DNA of 64,000 nucleotides from Batkoa obscura (Eukaryota): NCBI GenBank assembly GCA_030770535.1, contig JASVEC010000002.1, positions 434,001 to 498,000 of the forward strand, read 5' to 3'. Shown piece by piece: positions 39,656 to 53,702 of this stretch (position 1 is its first letter; each line of letters starts with the position of its first letter). The notes under the pieces were generated by a model. It saw only the letters and a program-made list of their open reading frames with translations, ran no database searches and was not told where the DNA came from. The position numbers and the translations under genes were made by a program.

Positions 39656-41006
39656 GAAAATTAATTTTAACTGTTTAAATAAAACAATCATTGTTTCTTT
39701 CTTATTTATACTGTTTTTTTCTAGCAATCCTTTTTTCTTTTGTTACAGCTTGAATAATAAAACATTTAGATAATGGCATTTTTATTACCAATCTTACAGT
39801 ATCTCAAATGATTCCTTATGTACGTTAGCCTTGATAATGTTGTTATCATTAAGTTGTCTAGTTTTAGCTATTTCAATTGCTTAAAATCTAAGGTATTATA
39901 ATGCTTCATCCTGCTTACTATCCAATTTCTTATTGATAAAGTTACTTTATATTGGGTAATTTGAACAAGTTGTTAAGCTTGTATAGATAAAAATTTCAGT
40001 TTAATTTAGGCTCAAGTTTATAAAATTTATATGTAACGTTTTTTCGTTATTTCGACCATTTTTTATCTAGCATAGATTTAAAAAAATTAATAGTCAAAGC
40101 TAAACAACATATATATATATGACTTATTTCAACTCTAACAAACAATGTATCATTTTTAAAATACGGGCACTTCAATTTAAATATACTATTTTTTGACAGT
40201 ACTTAAGACTAAAGATAAGAACCAGGCTTTAAAAGAATCGGTCATACAAATTATCAGCTGTTTTTACAGCCGCTAAACTTTTGCACTCAAACTAACACAG
40301 ATGTGTTTGTACTTGATTTGGGATATTTTGAAGAAACTCAAGATTGGAAAAAAGTTGAACTTCGGATTTAAATTAACACATTTTATGCATAATCTAAATA
40401 GTTTCAAGTTTAGTAAGAACTTTATATTGAACCTAAATCAACAACTATTTAAATAAGTTATTAAATACTATCGACATTATTTTTGCATATAACAGGCTAT
40501 TCCAACTATTTTATTATTAAGTTATTTTTAGTTTTTTGTACTAATGTTACACATAGTATAACTGATTAAAGAATTGTCAATGTTTTAATATAATATCTGA
40601 ACAGTAAAAAATAAAAAATAAACAAATAAAAAATAGTTGTACTTTTATCAGCTATATAGTGAATCGCCTGACAATTACAAGTTAGAGAGGAAAATATGTC
40701 TTTAAATATATCTTTGATTAAGCGTATCATGGATAAAAATCTTAGTTTATTTCATTTGCAGTTCAACTTATTTCAAACTATTAAAAGCTTGGTTATCAAT
40801 TTAAATTAACAAATAATAATCAATTAGATAGCATCTTTTTATTGTAATTGATGTATATTAAAAGCTACTCGACATATCATAAGGTTGCCAACAAAATTAT
40901 TATATTATAAACACTTTATTCTTCAAACTAATATATTAAAATTGATAAAAATATAAAAAAGTAGTATAAATAGAGTAAAAAGATATACATATTTAAATTA
41001 AATAAA

Positions 41007-41267
41007 ATGAAATTTTTGTGGACTATTATTGCAATTGCTCTTGTTGTTAGTGCTGAATCCAGCAAACGTGAATGTGCTGATCATAGCATTGATTGTTGTG
41101 GCTTAAAATGCACTGATCAATCTGCCAGCGAAAAATGTTGTGATAAAGTTGAAGGAATTATGGCCCCACAATGGTGTCTTGGTCTTAAACGTAATGGTAA
41201 TAAGTACAAAACATTTAAAAGATGCTGCATCAAATCAGGTTGGGAAACCAACCAAGATTGTTCATAA
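41007..41267 (+). CDS. Small secreted cysteine-rich peptide B
   Basis: Paralogue of 38258-38521 with the same 10-Cys pattern and KR site; TATAAA about 40 nt upstream. Confidence 0.9.
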   Translation: MKFLWTIIAIALVVSAESSKRECADHSIDCCGLKCTDQSASEKCCDKVEGIMAPQWCLGLKRNGNKYKTFKRCCIKSGWETNQDCS

Positions 41268-41620
41268 TCTATGTTCTTTCGAAATAAAACTGATCCAACT
41301 TTATATTTGTATTGAATACTTTATAGTGATCTCACATTTTAAATTTAAAAATATTAAACTAAAGTATAGATAATAGTTTTATTGAAATTTTCGAAACTAA
41401 TATGTATACGCTTGAAGTTTAAAAATTAAATAAATAAATTTTTCAATTCAGATATTATTAAATAATATGCTACTTTGGGTTTTGAAAAGCAAACTTGTCC
41501 TTTTGAATTTTAAAAAGATGATAATGATAAATTGTTATAATATTTTCGTTAATTTCATGATTTATTTTTATTAATTTTAATTTAAGCCTGCTGCAACACT
41601 CATCATAAAATTTATATTAT

Positions 41621-41714
41621 GAGGTGTTCTCTAGATTTCATTACCTTTTCTATTTTTTAAGCAATATTGAGCGGAAAAAATGCTAACAAATTTCTTGAAC
41701 AGAGAGACATCCCC
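41621..41714 (-). mobile_element. MITE copy 13
   Basis: Ends ACATCCCC; TTAT on both flanks. Confidence 0.8.
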
Positions 41715-41893
41715 TTATGGATTTATCAAGTGATGTTTGGTTGATTCAGAGTTAATAAGGTTATATTAATGATTAATTTTTAATATTTAATTTTTAACAA
41801 GAGGTAAAAAAACATCATCATTTAGCTTCTAATCTTAGAGCTATTAAATTAAATATAAAAAATAGATTTATTAAAATAAAATAAAACAAGATA

Positions 41894-44231
41894 TTAATTA
41901 TTCTCAGATAAATTAGAAGATTTAAATCCCATCCAGTCCTTGATTACATTAGTTCCAAGTATAGAATTCCTAGCTCTACTTTTCAAAAAAGAGCCCACTC
42001 CATCCACTACATCACCCACCATGGAAGATACTGAAGCTGGTCTAGTATCACTTACCCTTTCTTCCAATTTAATTTTACTTAATTCTCTTGGATTACCATC
42101 ATCATATAAAGAATACTTGGGATCTAATAAACATTCTCTTGCTTTTTTCAACCCTTCAATAGACTAAACTCATGTAAATTTAAATTACATATTTAAAATT
42201 TAAAATTTAGACATACTTTTTCATAAAACTCAATATGCTGTTCAATAAAATCAATATTCATAGTATGGAAATCACGAACTTTTTCATCATGGATTCTGTT
42301 AATTTCTGCTAAAGTAACATTATAAACAGTATCACATCTTGACTTTATAAGCTCTATATCAACGTCCTATTTTTACATTTTAACAAATACTGACATCTGT
42401 TTTATTACTAAATACCTGTAGCTCTTCATTGGATATATCTTTACTCCTGTTAAGCGCTATGTTATGCATTTCAATCAATGACTAAAAAATTAATTAATAA
42501 ATAAATTGATTGGTAATCGATTACTGAACATGAAGCACTAGCGTTCGAATATTCTTTCAAAAGGTCAATAGATGAAGTAAATGTTTTATTGGTCTAAGGA
42601 AACAAAATTAGTTGGTAATATTATTGATTAATTAATAACGAACATATTCATCATAAGTATCTGAAATTGATTGCATACATTCTGCCATTTCCTGCAAGCC
42701 TTTTGTTAGTTTAAGGCAATCTAATTTTTAATGTCTTAATTGGTTTATAGCTTTTTAAAAATTTTATTTACCTTTGCAATTTTCTTTAAAACACCATACT
42801 TTTTCCTCATTAATACAATCTGGAGTAACATTATCTCCCAGTCCAGAGATGAGCCTTAAAATACTAAAACTAAATTTACGAAACTGATTCCCCGCCTCTA
42901 GAATGTTATAATAAATATGTTATTTAATTATTACTAAAACTAATTATTATATACCATTTAAATGATCTCTGAATCCTTGAATAGATTCATTACATCGTGG
43001 TAGTAATTTTTCGATACTTTTTACATGATTTGAAAATCTAAGAACTAAATCCTCCTCTCTAATTTTTTAAATATAAAATCAATTTAAATAATAAATAGTA
43101 GTTACCCATCTTCATCAACATTAAATTCTGGATGATAAACATTTTGAAAGAAATTTAGTGCTTGGGTTTTACTTTCATCACTTAATTTTTTTTCTTCAGA
43201 TAGCCATTCCTAGTTAATGCAATTAAGTATGTATCAATTATATAGCCAGATATAGTTACTTCTTCTGACGTGCAGCTTAAGAAATGGACAAATAACTCAG
43301 AATATCGGATGACTTGGTGTCTGGCTAACCTATTTATATATCTTTCTAACTGCCTTCTTCTTCTCTCAATAAACTCATGGCTAAACCTTCCTGTTTTTTC
43401 TTATTTTTATTCACTTAATATAAACAATCAAATTACCAGTAAACTGCTTCTCTGGTAACGTTGGTAAAACCAAAGCTCTAAATTTTGCTGACAAACGCTC
43501 ATGAAGCCATTCAAACTGGCTGAATCTTCTTTCAACAGTCACTTCTATGTCGTTATCAAACTAAAATATTATACATTTAATTATATATTTAAGATTTAAA
43601 CTTACAGTAGATGTTAAAAGGAAAGTCGTATATTCTTTAAGAGTGTCTTTAGTTGTTTTAGTAACAGGCGAATGGACAAACACAGAAAAAAGACTTGTTT
43701 TCATCTGCCAATATGGGCCATGTTCAATAAAATGTTTCTCAATATCCTCCTTTAAATCTTTATCAGGGATTACTTCCTCATTTTCTTTTCCTAATAAATA
43801 GTCATCTATGCCGTTATTTATAAACCATGAAAATTTTTTTATAGGTTTATATCCAAATATGCTATTCCTATCTTCATTTCCAACTTTTTTTTGCTCCTTA
43901 AAATAAAACTATTAACGGTTTATTTTTTCGTCTTTTATGTCCTTACTTTAACATATGCTATTGGTATGATTCCAAGAATTTGATTAACTTTAGCTAAATG
44001 CCATCCTTCTATAATATCTCTTTTAATCAATTTTAACTTATCGTCTTTTTTAAAACTGAGTTCCTTTTCAACATCTATAGCTTCATAATCATATAATGCT
44101 ATAAGCTCTCCACCATCTTCTATCTCAGGTACAGTTAGATCAAAATCCTCGTATGGTAGTATTTCCGGTCTTTCCATATCTACTGGGGATCCAGTTAAGT
44201 CTTCCCTTTCATTTAATACAGTTTCGCTCAT
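41894..44231 (-). CDS. SH3-PX-BAR sorting nexin (SNX9/18/33-like), multi-exon
   Basis: SH3 (ALYDY...ELSF...GW...GIIP..YV), PX (VERRFSQFEWLHERL...LPEK...FIERRRRQLERY), helical tail with LAEINRIH. Confidence 0.85.
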
Positions 44232-44502
44232 TAGTACAATAAATAAAATATCTAATTAATGCTTTATTACGTTTTTTATTTTGCCTCTTTTTGTGCCACC
44301 AATTAAAATTTTGCAGATTAATTAAAGTGTTTGTTTCAATTTTAGCAAAATCCATTAAATGTGGTAAAATTGTTAGAGTTGAATCGATTCCTAATAAAAT
44401 CAATTCTAAGATCCAATCAAATGAAACCTAATCTTATTTTTGATAATCTTAATCAACCAGATAAAGGTTTGTCTCATATTTAGCTTTTTATAATATTAAA
44501 AA

Positions 44503-44883
44503 ATGTCATCCGGTTTTGGACTTAATGGAGGTATGTAAAATAAAAGATAAGATAAATGATCCTAACTCGAATATAGGAAGATCCAGATGCTTCCCAATGT
44601 GGCAAGAAGTACACAAATGTTATGCAGTAAGTGATGATCCAAAGAGTTGTAAATTGCAGTTAGATGATTACTTTGAATGCCTTCATCATAATAAAGAGGT
44701 ACTATTTTTTTATCTTTTTTATCATTGCTAATTATATAGATCGCACGTGCAGAAGCTATTAAGAAGGAGGAAATCAAGCAATTAGAGGAACGTAAAAGAC
44801 GTGAAAAAGAAGCAGCTAAACGTGGAGATAATGTTAAAAATGACGTTGTTCAACTTGATTTAGTTAAAGAAGAAAAAAAATGA
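44503..44883 (+). CDS. NDUFS5: Complex I accessory subunit NDUFS5-like, 3 exons
   Basis: MSSGFGLNGG|RSRCFPMWQEVHKCY...C...LDDYFECLHHNKE, twin CX9C. Confidence 0.9.
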
Positions 44884-45366
44884 TCTTAAATTTACTGATT
44901 TTATAATGAAAGGTTATTAAACTCTACTTTTCTAATTTTACATTGTTAATTTCGTTTATAATCTAACTTATATTTTATCTTTAGACTATTTTAAAATTAT
45001 TTTAAGTTAATATTTAACAGTTATTGACATTAACTATAAGGAATAACATGATGCTTATTCCTGATATTAAATTAAACCCCATTGTTGCATTAATAATCGG
45101 TATTTTAAAATATTTAACTTATAATCTAATAAGCCATAAATCATTTACTCAATTCATATTATACATTGTTAGTTCAGTCATTTATCAATGTTTGTATTAT
45201 AATCCATGGAAAAACAAAATATAAAAACTATAATTTTTATTTATTTAAAAATTAAATTACAATTAAAACAAATACCTATATTAAACAGTTAGGATTAAGG
45301 ATCAGTAAAAAAACATATTAACAATGGACATTAGTTTTAAAAACAGTTAGAAGAAAAAATCTTTAA

Positions 45367-45438
45367 TGCCCGATAGCGGGATCGAACCACTGATCTTCAG
45401 TTTACAAGACTGACGCCTTACCACTTGGCCAAACGGGC
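45367..45438 (-). tRNA. tRNA-Thr(TGT)
   Basis: Cloverleaf GCCCGTT TGGCCAAGTGGTAAGGC...TCAGT CT TGT AA ACTGA...GGTTCGATCC; T6 run just downstream. Confidence 0.95.
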
Positions 45439-45525
45439 TTGTTATCACTATGACAAAATAATATTAAAATTGCAATTTACCAATACTTATTGTTTAAGTT
45501 TGAAGTTTATTCAAAATTCGTAATT

Positions 45526-45851
45526 ATGTTTAACATACCAAATATTAGATTTACCCATTTGATATCAGCGTAATTTTAACCTTGTTATTTTAATGAACAA
45601 AACTTAATCAAAATTAAAGTAAAGGAGATGCTATATTAGCTGCTTTTGCTGGAACAGTTGGATACCTCATCTATGATTCTAGACAGGAAAAGCTTGATCG
45701 ACCAGATAATATCACATTGCTTCAACTACTTCAATATAAATGGAAGGACACTATAAATGCTAAGTTGGAAAAAGTTAAAGTGAAAAGTAATTCCTCTGAA
45801 GCCGATATAGACGAAAAGGAGTTTTTAAAGTTGGTGAATGAAAAGGAATAA
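45526..45851 (+). CDS. NCE101: NCE101-like small membrane protein (not in ORF track), 2 exons
   Basis: Intron 45570-45619 gives MFNIPNIRFTHLISAKGDAILAAFAGTVGYLIYDSRQEKLDRPDNITLLQLLQYKW..., resembling the Nce101 pattern. Confidence 0.7.
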
Positions 45852-46556
45852 AGAAATAAGATTTGGAGATACAATACAGGTACAATTTTCTTTTTTTACC
45901 ATGTTGAATTAACAGGCCTATTGTGCATATGCTTTAATATAAATACCTAGAGCAGTAAGTTATGTTTTTAGCTTATATTGAGTGATTTTTTTTCAAATAG
46001 AGTTTGGTAGATTTGCTATTGTATTCAGTAAATTATTATTATTTTAGTTTTTGTAGTAAAATACAATAAAATTCTTATAACATTCGGCTGGTCAAAGTAC
46101 AATGATTTTCTATCTGAATTTGAAAGAGTAGAGATTTTTGGTATTTTTAACTTATTTCAGAATATTTAATAAAGTGTTTTGTGTATAATTAAAATCTAAA
46201 AGGCTAGTTACCTCGCTTTACTTGACATTTTTTAATAATAAAAATAAATTTTAATCTTTATCGTTGGTTCTGAGGCTACAAATCAAATATTATCTGCTAT
46301 CAAAATATTTTTAAATCGATAATACATCCTTATATTTTATAAAGTTTATTATAAGTTTCAAATGCTTTATTATTCATGATAGGGATTTGTTAGCCCTAAG
46401 CAGTCTGTTAAAAAATCAAATTTGAATTAATATTTTTAAATTGGATATAAGGAGCGGATGCTAAATATTATGAATATGGCCCTGAAATCTCAAATCATGA
46501 TTCTTTACTTTAAAAATGCATAGATTACACCTCACTAATACATATTGGATATATAT

Positions 46557-48549
46557 TTAACAAGGAAGGGGCTCTGGGTCAGCTAAATAATAACAGAGGT
46601 AGGCTTTATGATTAATGACGTCTTCATGCTCAACAATATCAACGTTATGATCATCAAATTTAAACCATTTTCCACCAAGCCGCATATAAGAAATATAATG
46701 CCCATTATCTAAGGATCCGATGTGATGCACAACGGCAAACAAAGTATAATTAAATAGACTCGATGTTTGAGTATTTTCTTTTGTTTCAGAAAAAGTTCCA
46801 TTCCTTAAAAAGATTGGGAGCTTTGTAGCGTTAGCGACATAAGGAGTCATATCTAATTTTAATGGTAAGTGAATTTTAGTATTTACTTTGGATAAATTGG
46901 AAGGATCATGACTGTATCTCTTTAGCTGAAAGCTAAGTACAGGAGATAAAGTTTTAAATGTCATTTGTTTAGTAGCTTCGGTTTGAGCTTTACATTTGCT
47001 ACACTTATATGAATCTGCACTCAACGTTTCGGTATGAACATATCTATTTTATATTAATGAGTCTAAAATCTGTTTAAAAAAGCATACCCTCTTAAACAAT
47101 CCTTTAATTCCAATTCAGGTACTTTCATTTTTTTCTCAGAACCTTCAGATGTATGAATCCTTCGTTTTTTGGGATTCTTTAAATCCAAAGCGTTATCCAA
47201 GTATGGATCTCCTTTGTTAGAGATATAATTACAGGAGAGACAAGTAACTGAAGACTGTAATTCTCCACCAAATGTACGATGGACTGGGCAGATACATGGC
47301 TTTTCAGTTGTACCAGGCTCAACGCCATGATGAGCTACTTCATCTAAAAAAATTAGCCTTTAACTCTGTAACAAATTGTTTCTATCACCTTCATGTATTT
47401 TGTTTATCAATGCTATAAAAAATTCATGAGCATCTTGTTGTTCGTACCCAGCAAGATGCTTTGAGCTGTTCCAAATGCTTTTTAGCAGCGAAGTTATTAT
47501 CATCGGTGAAGGGTTGTTTGAGTAATACTTTAAAATCATAAAATAAATACAGTTCATTTTTAAAATTTATAGTACCTGGATAATAAATCCACGGATTGTA
47601 CATGACATACAGCTTCTAGTTATACAGTCATTCCTATCCATTGATAAAAATATATCTGAGAATGTAGGATTATGTGTAATCATTTGTAGTATACAATTTA
47701 CAAAACATGTATTTCCTACATTTCGAATACCTCTCAAACCTTTTAATCAATTAATTAATTTTTGCTATTTTCGATTATTTCCTTACTTAAGCATCTAGAG
47801 GATTCAAAGCACTCTTGAACAACTTCGATATCTGAAAGCTTTTTCCTTACCAATGCATTTATGTCATCGTATTGTTCTATATACTTTAACTAAGATAACA
47901 AAAAGAATATATAAATTACCGTTTTTCAGCCTTTGTTTTAAGTTTGTGATTGCAGAACTTCTAAGGATTTCAATCACGTTATTTTCTAAAATAACATCAC
48001 AACAAAGACAAAAAAGGGTCAATCCTTGGTATTTAAGCCCTTAAAACCAAATAAATTTGATCATTAAATAAACCCTATAAAGTACCTAATACGTGCTTAG
48101 ACTCTTTGCTATGTAACATAGAGTGTCTAGTACACTGAAGTACGTCACATTCCAGACAAGCTACACTTCTGTTTCGTACTGATCTACCACATGGTCCACA
48201 TGATAAAGATGGAAACTAAAGACGTCAATAAAATAATGTTGGTGATATTAATGGTTACTTTTTTATCCAACTCAGTATAAAATGATAGTCGACTTATTGT
48301 TTTCCTATCTGGACCAGAACGTTTACTGCCTAAAATTTGAGCTAAATTTATTTACCTGCTACTATACATTGTATTACCTGTAATCCTTCTTAAATTTAAA
48401 ACTCCTTTAACTTTGGGTATATTCGCCTTTAAATAGAAAATTTGAACCATGTTTATAAACTTCATTTGTAATGGAGATAGTCCTCCATTTTCTTTTAGGT
48501 CAAGTCGCCCTAAATCAGATGACATGGTAATATGCGCGCACTTCGACAT
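46557..48549 (-). CDS. UBP8: Ubiquitin-specific protease Ubp8/USP22 (SAGA DUB), multi-exon
   Basis: ZnF-UBP cysteines, [41 protein letters not shown]. Confidence 0.9.
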
Positions 48550-49030
48550 CTTTTAACAATTAAAAATAAAAATAAAATAGCAGTTCTAATGAGTTTATAG
48601 TAATACCACGTGACTAGATTCAAATTAAGTAAACTATAATTAGTAAATATCTTTTCCAGCAAATTGTATATTTTTTGAAGAAATTATTAATATCATAAAA
48701 AAATATTGATTTGATTATAGCTCGGCTAAAGCTGATAGTGATATGCTTATAAGTATTTGAAAACATAGTATATGCTATTAGTTAATGCATATAATATATG
48801 ATACTAATTAACATTTTATTTAGTATGATAAAAATCTTAATAATATAAATTAATTATTTTAACAATAATTGATGATAATTATAATAGAATAATTGACAAT
48901 CATTTAACAACTTTATTTCGTTATCAGTTTGTTAAGTTTGAAGTAAAGTCAATTTATAAAAAGTTGGTAATAGTGTAAATAAAACATAACTATTTTTTAT
49001 ATTATAGATGCTGTTTTCATTTTAAATAAT

Positions 49031-49070
49031 ATTAAACATTAAACATTAAACATTAAACATTAAACATTAA
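49031..49070. repeat. Tandem heptamer (ATTAAAC)x5
   Basis: attaaac repeated five times plus a partial copy. Confidence 0.9.
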
Positions 49071-50436
49071 TTATTAAAGTATGTGACAAGTCTAGTTTCA
49101 TTATAAAAAATTATCATAGAAATTAACTTTTAATCTCAATAATAATTTTACATGACTAATAAATTGGTTATATATAATATACCATAATAGTTTATTATAT
49201 TAAAACAATAGATTGTTTTTGAATATAAAATAAAAATCAATTTTTTCTAAATATTAAATTAAATCGTAAAGTCAACACAGTGAAATTATAAGTACTTTTT
49301 TTTAGAAAAAGCCATCTGATTTTTGGTTTTATCATAACAAATGCTTCTAACGTTTATTAAAAATACCTATCTGATATACAAATACTTCAAAAAACTATTA
49401 GTAGGGTTGGTATAAGATGTTATTCTCGAAAGTATATTTCTGTTTTTATAGTTTGAGAGGACAGTCTTTAATTGGCTAAGTAAATTGAAAAATTAGGTTT
49501 AAATCCCGAATTTTAGCTTAATTTAACAGTTTTGAAATTTATAAGTGTATTATGTTATGAAGATTCATTCAGTATAAACAACTTGATTGTTATATTATAA
49601 ATTATTATAATATTAACTATTAATTTCGGAGAAATAGAACCGTGTTATTATTAAATAAGCTGTCAAAAGAAATATTTTAATTAATGTAATTGCAATATTA
49701 TAAAAGCTTTATAAATCCATATTATTTTAAAATATTCTTATAAACCATTATTAATAATAATTAAAAATAAACGAATTGATGTAACATTCTTTTATTCCAC
49801 TTAACAAACAGGAATGTTGTTATCCGCGCTATTTAGTGAACCCTATAGAAAAAGTTTATTTATAGGTCAGATGGTTTTTTAGGACTTTAAAGGCTAATTT
49901 GACTGTAAATTATATTTCAAAACCTATCTAATTGAAAAAGATGATTGGATTAGATTCAATTTCGAAAAATAAAACATCTCCAATAGAACTCAAAAATATA
50001 TTTTTACAAATGAAGGTGGACGTACTTTCAAGTTACACTCCTTGATTGGCTTAGACTTAAATAGTTTACTCCAATTTTAGTCGAATATTGGAACTGAGTA
50101 CCCTTCTTCCTAATTAAAGTTTGCTAATTTTAACATCAAATTCTCCCACCCTGACTCAATTGGAAAAATAAAGGTAAACTAAGCCAATCATTTGACTTTA
50201 CATCTAACCTTGCCCTAAAGTAATGGACGTAAGCAATTACCAAAAAAGGAATTCCTTCTATGGCTAAATATTTGTAAGTTAATGCATAATCATAGATGAA
50301 AAGCAGGTGGAAACAGAGTATATAAACAAGCGATTTTCAAGTTTATTTTAAAAAAAATACTGTTTTCTTTGTTGCTTACTCTTCAACTTTTTTTTTAGCA
50401 CTTTACAATCTTTGTCAATTCTAATTTAATTTTACA

Positions 50437-53400
50437 ATGGCATCCCTTACTAACGTATCTCAGGATTATCTCTCCAGTGAATTCCCTGGAAAAGCCGAAC
50501 AATTAAATAAGGTGGTTACCCTTATTGGTGAACAAGGTTTTATTCCAAAAGAACTTATTCAAAATGAAGCTTCTTGGTTTTATGGGTAAGTGTAGTTTAT
50601 TCTATTCTATTTTCTTTTTTATATTTATATATTTTAGTAACCTTGGAATTGATGAACTCTACTTTATTAATGAATCGCATGAAACTATTGCTTCTCATAT
50701 CAGTTCTTTATATGCAGCAAAAATCCAAGCCTTCACTGAAAATGCTGACTCCTTAAAGATTAACTTGATCAAAGAATCTGAAACTGGAGCCGTTTTCATG
50801 CATACTTCTAACCCAGGTGTTTCTCAATTAGCTGGTCCACAATATGAAAAAAGAATTGATGAGCAATATCTTAATAACTCTGGTTCCAACGTTTATCGTT
50901 TAGAATCTTTTCGTTCTACTGGTACCATCTCTTCATCAACTTCTTCTCAATTACGTCTTTATTTCTTAAACAAATGTAACTTTGCTAACCCAGAACCTAC
51001 TGCTGAACAAATTTTAGATATCAAATCTGTTTCCAGTGAAAACTTCTTAAAGCGTGCCACTGAAAATACTCTTTCAGTTTATCAACAAGTTATGACCAAT
51101 GCCCTTAAACGTACTGGTCCAGTCATTGAAGAATTTGATGTACCAAATAGCAACGAAAAGCGTTTAGTTATTGCTTACAAACGTGGTACCACTCAAAACT
51201 TCTTTTCAGCTCTTTCAGATCTTTACCATTATTATGATCTTTATACCACCCGTAAATACGTTGAACAATTTTCTAATGGTATTACTATTGTTTCTCTTTA
51301 CCTTACTCAGCTCTCCGATTCTAAAAAAGCTCCAATTGAGCACACCATCACTCAAGTTATGAAAGAGGTTTCCCTTATTTATTGTCTTCCAACTACCCCA
51401 CTTCAAGGTTTCTTTAAAACTAATGAACTTTCAGTTCAAGAAGCTATCTATGGCTATGTAGGTTGGATTTTTGCTCAACATTTCCTTAATCGTCTTGGTA
51501 ACGAGTTCAGTTCTCTTGTATCGATCCTTGATCATAATAACCCAGCTCATGCTGAAGTTATCAGTAAAATTCGTAAGCGTCTTCGTCAAGAAACCTTTAC
51601 ACGTGAATATATATTAGACATTATTAAGCAATATCCAGAATTAATCAAACAATTATACGTTGATTTTGCTTTAAGACATTATATTGTACCAGATGAAAAC
51701 AACTTAAAGCCTACCCTTTCTTATCAACGTATTCAGACTGAAAAGATCCTTACTGAAGAAGAATTACTTCAAAGAATTAAACTTGAAACTAGTAATGCTC
51801 ATGAATCTATGGTACTCGAATCTTTCCTTACCTTCAACAAACATGTATTAAAGACTAATTTCTATCAACCTACTAAAGTTGCTCTCTCTTTCCGTTTGAA
51901 CCCTGAATTTTTACCAAACCTTGAATATCCAACTAAATTATATGGTATGTTCTTTGTCATTGGCAGTGAATTCCGTGGTTTCCATTTAAGATTCCGTGAT
52001 GTTGCTCGTGGTGGTATCCGTGTAATTCGTTCAAGAAATCGTGAAGCATATTCTATTAATCTTAGATCTCTCTTTGATGAAAATTACAATCTTGCATCTA
52101 CTCAACAACGTAAAAACAAAGATATTCCAGAAGGCGGCTCGAAAGGTACTATCTTATTAGATATTGAAAAACAAGATAAAGCTAGTTTTGCTTTTGAAAA
52201 ATACGTTGATTCTATTCTCGATTTATTGATCCCAGGTCAATCTCCTGGTATTAAAGAAAAGATTGTTGATTTACATGGTAAACCAGAAATTTTATTCTTT
52301 GGTCCAGATGAGGGTACTGCTGATTTTATGGATTGGGCCAGTTCTCATGCACGTAAACGTGGTGCTTCTTTTTGGAAAGCTTTTACCACCGGTAAATCAC
52401 AATCCCTTGGCGGTATTCCCCATGATTTATTTGGTATGACTACTCGTTCTGTACATCAATACGTACTTGGTATTTATAAAAAATTAAATCTTAAAGAAGA
52501 AGAGTGTACTAAATTACAAACTGGTGGACCTGATGGTGATCTTGGTTCTAATGAAATTAAAATTTCAAAAGATAAGACTGTTGGTATCGTTGATGGCTCA
52601 GGTGTCCTTTTTGATCCTCAAGGTATTGATCGTACTGAACTTACCCGCCTTGCAAATGAACGTAAAATGATTAATCATTTTGATATAAGTAAACTCAGTG
52701 CTCAAGGTTATCGTGTATTAGTTGATGAACGTAATGTTAAATTACCATCTGGTGAAGTTGTAGCTGATGGTTTAGCATTCCGTAATGTTTATCATCTTAA
52801 CCCAGAAGCTTCCTCATTAGTATTCGTACCATGTGGTGGACGTCCAGAATCAGTTGATATTGATAATGTTCATAAATTATTAGATGCTGATGGTAACCCA
52901 AGATTTAAATACATTGTTGAAGGTGCCAATTTATTCTTTACTCAAGATGCTCGTTTAAGATTAGAAAAGGCAGGAGCTATTATCTTTAAAGATGCATCAG
53001 CTAATAAAGGAGGTGTCACTTCTTCTTCCCTTGAAGTATTAGCTGCTTTAGCTTTTAATGATGAAGAATTTGCTCAACATATGTCAGTTAAAGATGGTAA
53101 TGTACCAGCTTTCTATTCAGAATATATTAATCAAGTTCATCAAATTATTGAAAGAAATGCAGCTAATGAATTTGAATGTTTATGGAAAGAAAGTAATCGT
53201 ACTAACATTCCACGATCTATTTTATCAGATGATTTATCAGTAGCTATTGTTAAATTAAATGAAGAATTACAACGTACTTCCCTTTGGGATGATGAACAAT
53301 TACGTCGTGTTGTGCTTACTGAGGCTTTCCCTAAACTTTTAGTAGATACTTTAGGTTTAGATACTCTACTTCAAAGAGTTCCTGAAAATTATGTTAAATC

Positions 53401-53515
53401 GATGTTTGGTTCTTTCCTAGCTTCTAGATTCGTTTATAAATATGGTACCCAACCTTCTCAATTCGCGTTCTTTGAATTTATGGCTCCTTATTTTCAAAAG
53501 GCTAACTCTGCTTAA
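50437..53515 (+). CDS. GDH2: NAD-specific glutamate dehydrogenase, 2 exons
   Basis: Start MASLTNVS, intron about 50586-50637; FRDVARGGIR, DIPEGGSKG, FGPDEGTA, QTGGPDGDLGSNEI. Confidence 0.97.
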
Positions 53516-53603
53516 AGGATTGAGTTGATAATTACTCTTTAATTTAGATCTAAAATTTAAGATATTTCTTTTTTATAAAAATAAAATTTAAAACTTAGAA
53601 TAT

Positions 53604-53702
53604 GGGGATGTATTTTTGTGTTTAAGAACTTTACTAACAAATTTTCCGCTTAAATAGTACTTAAAAAATAGAAAAAGTAATGAAGTTAAAAAAAACACTC
53701 CC
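53604..53702 (+). mobile_element. MITE copy 14
   Basis: GGGGATGT...ACACTCCC; ATAT flanks. Confidence 0.9.
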
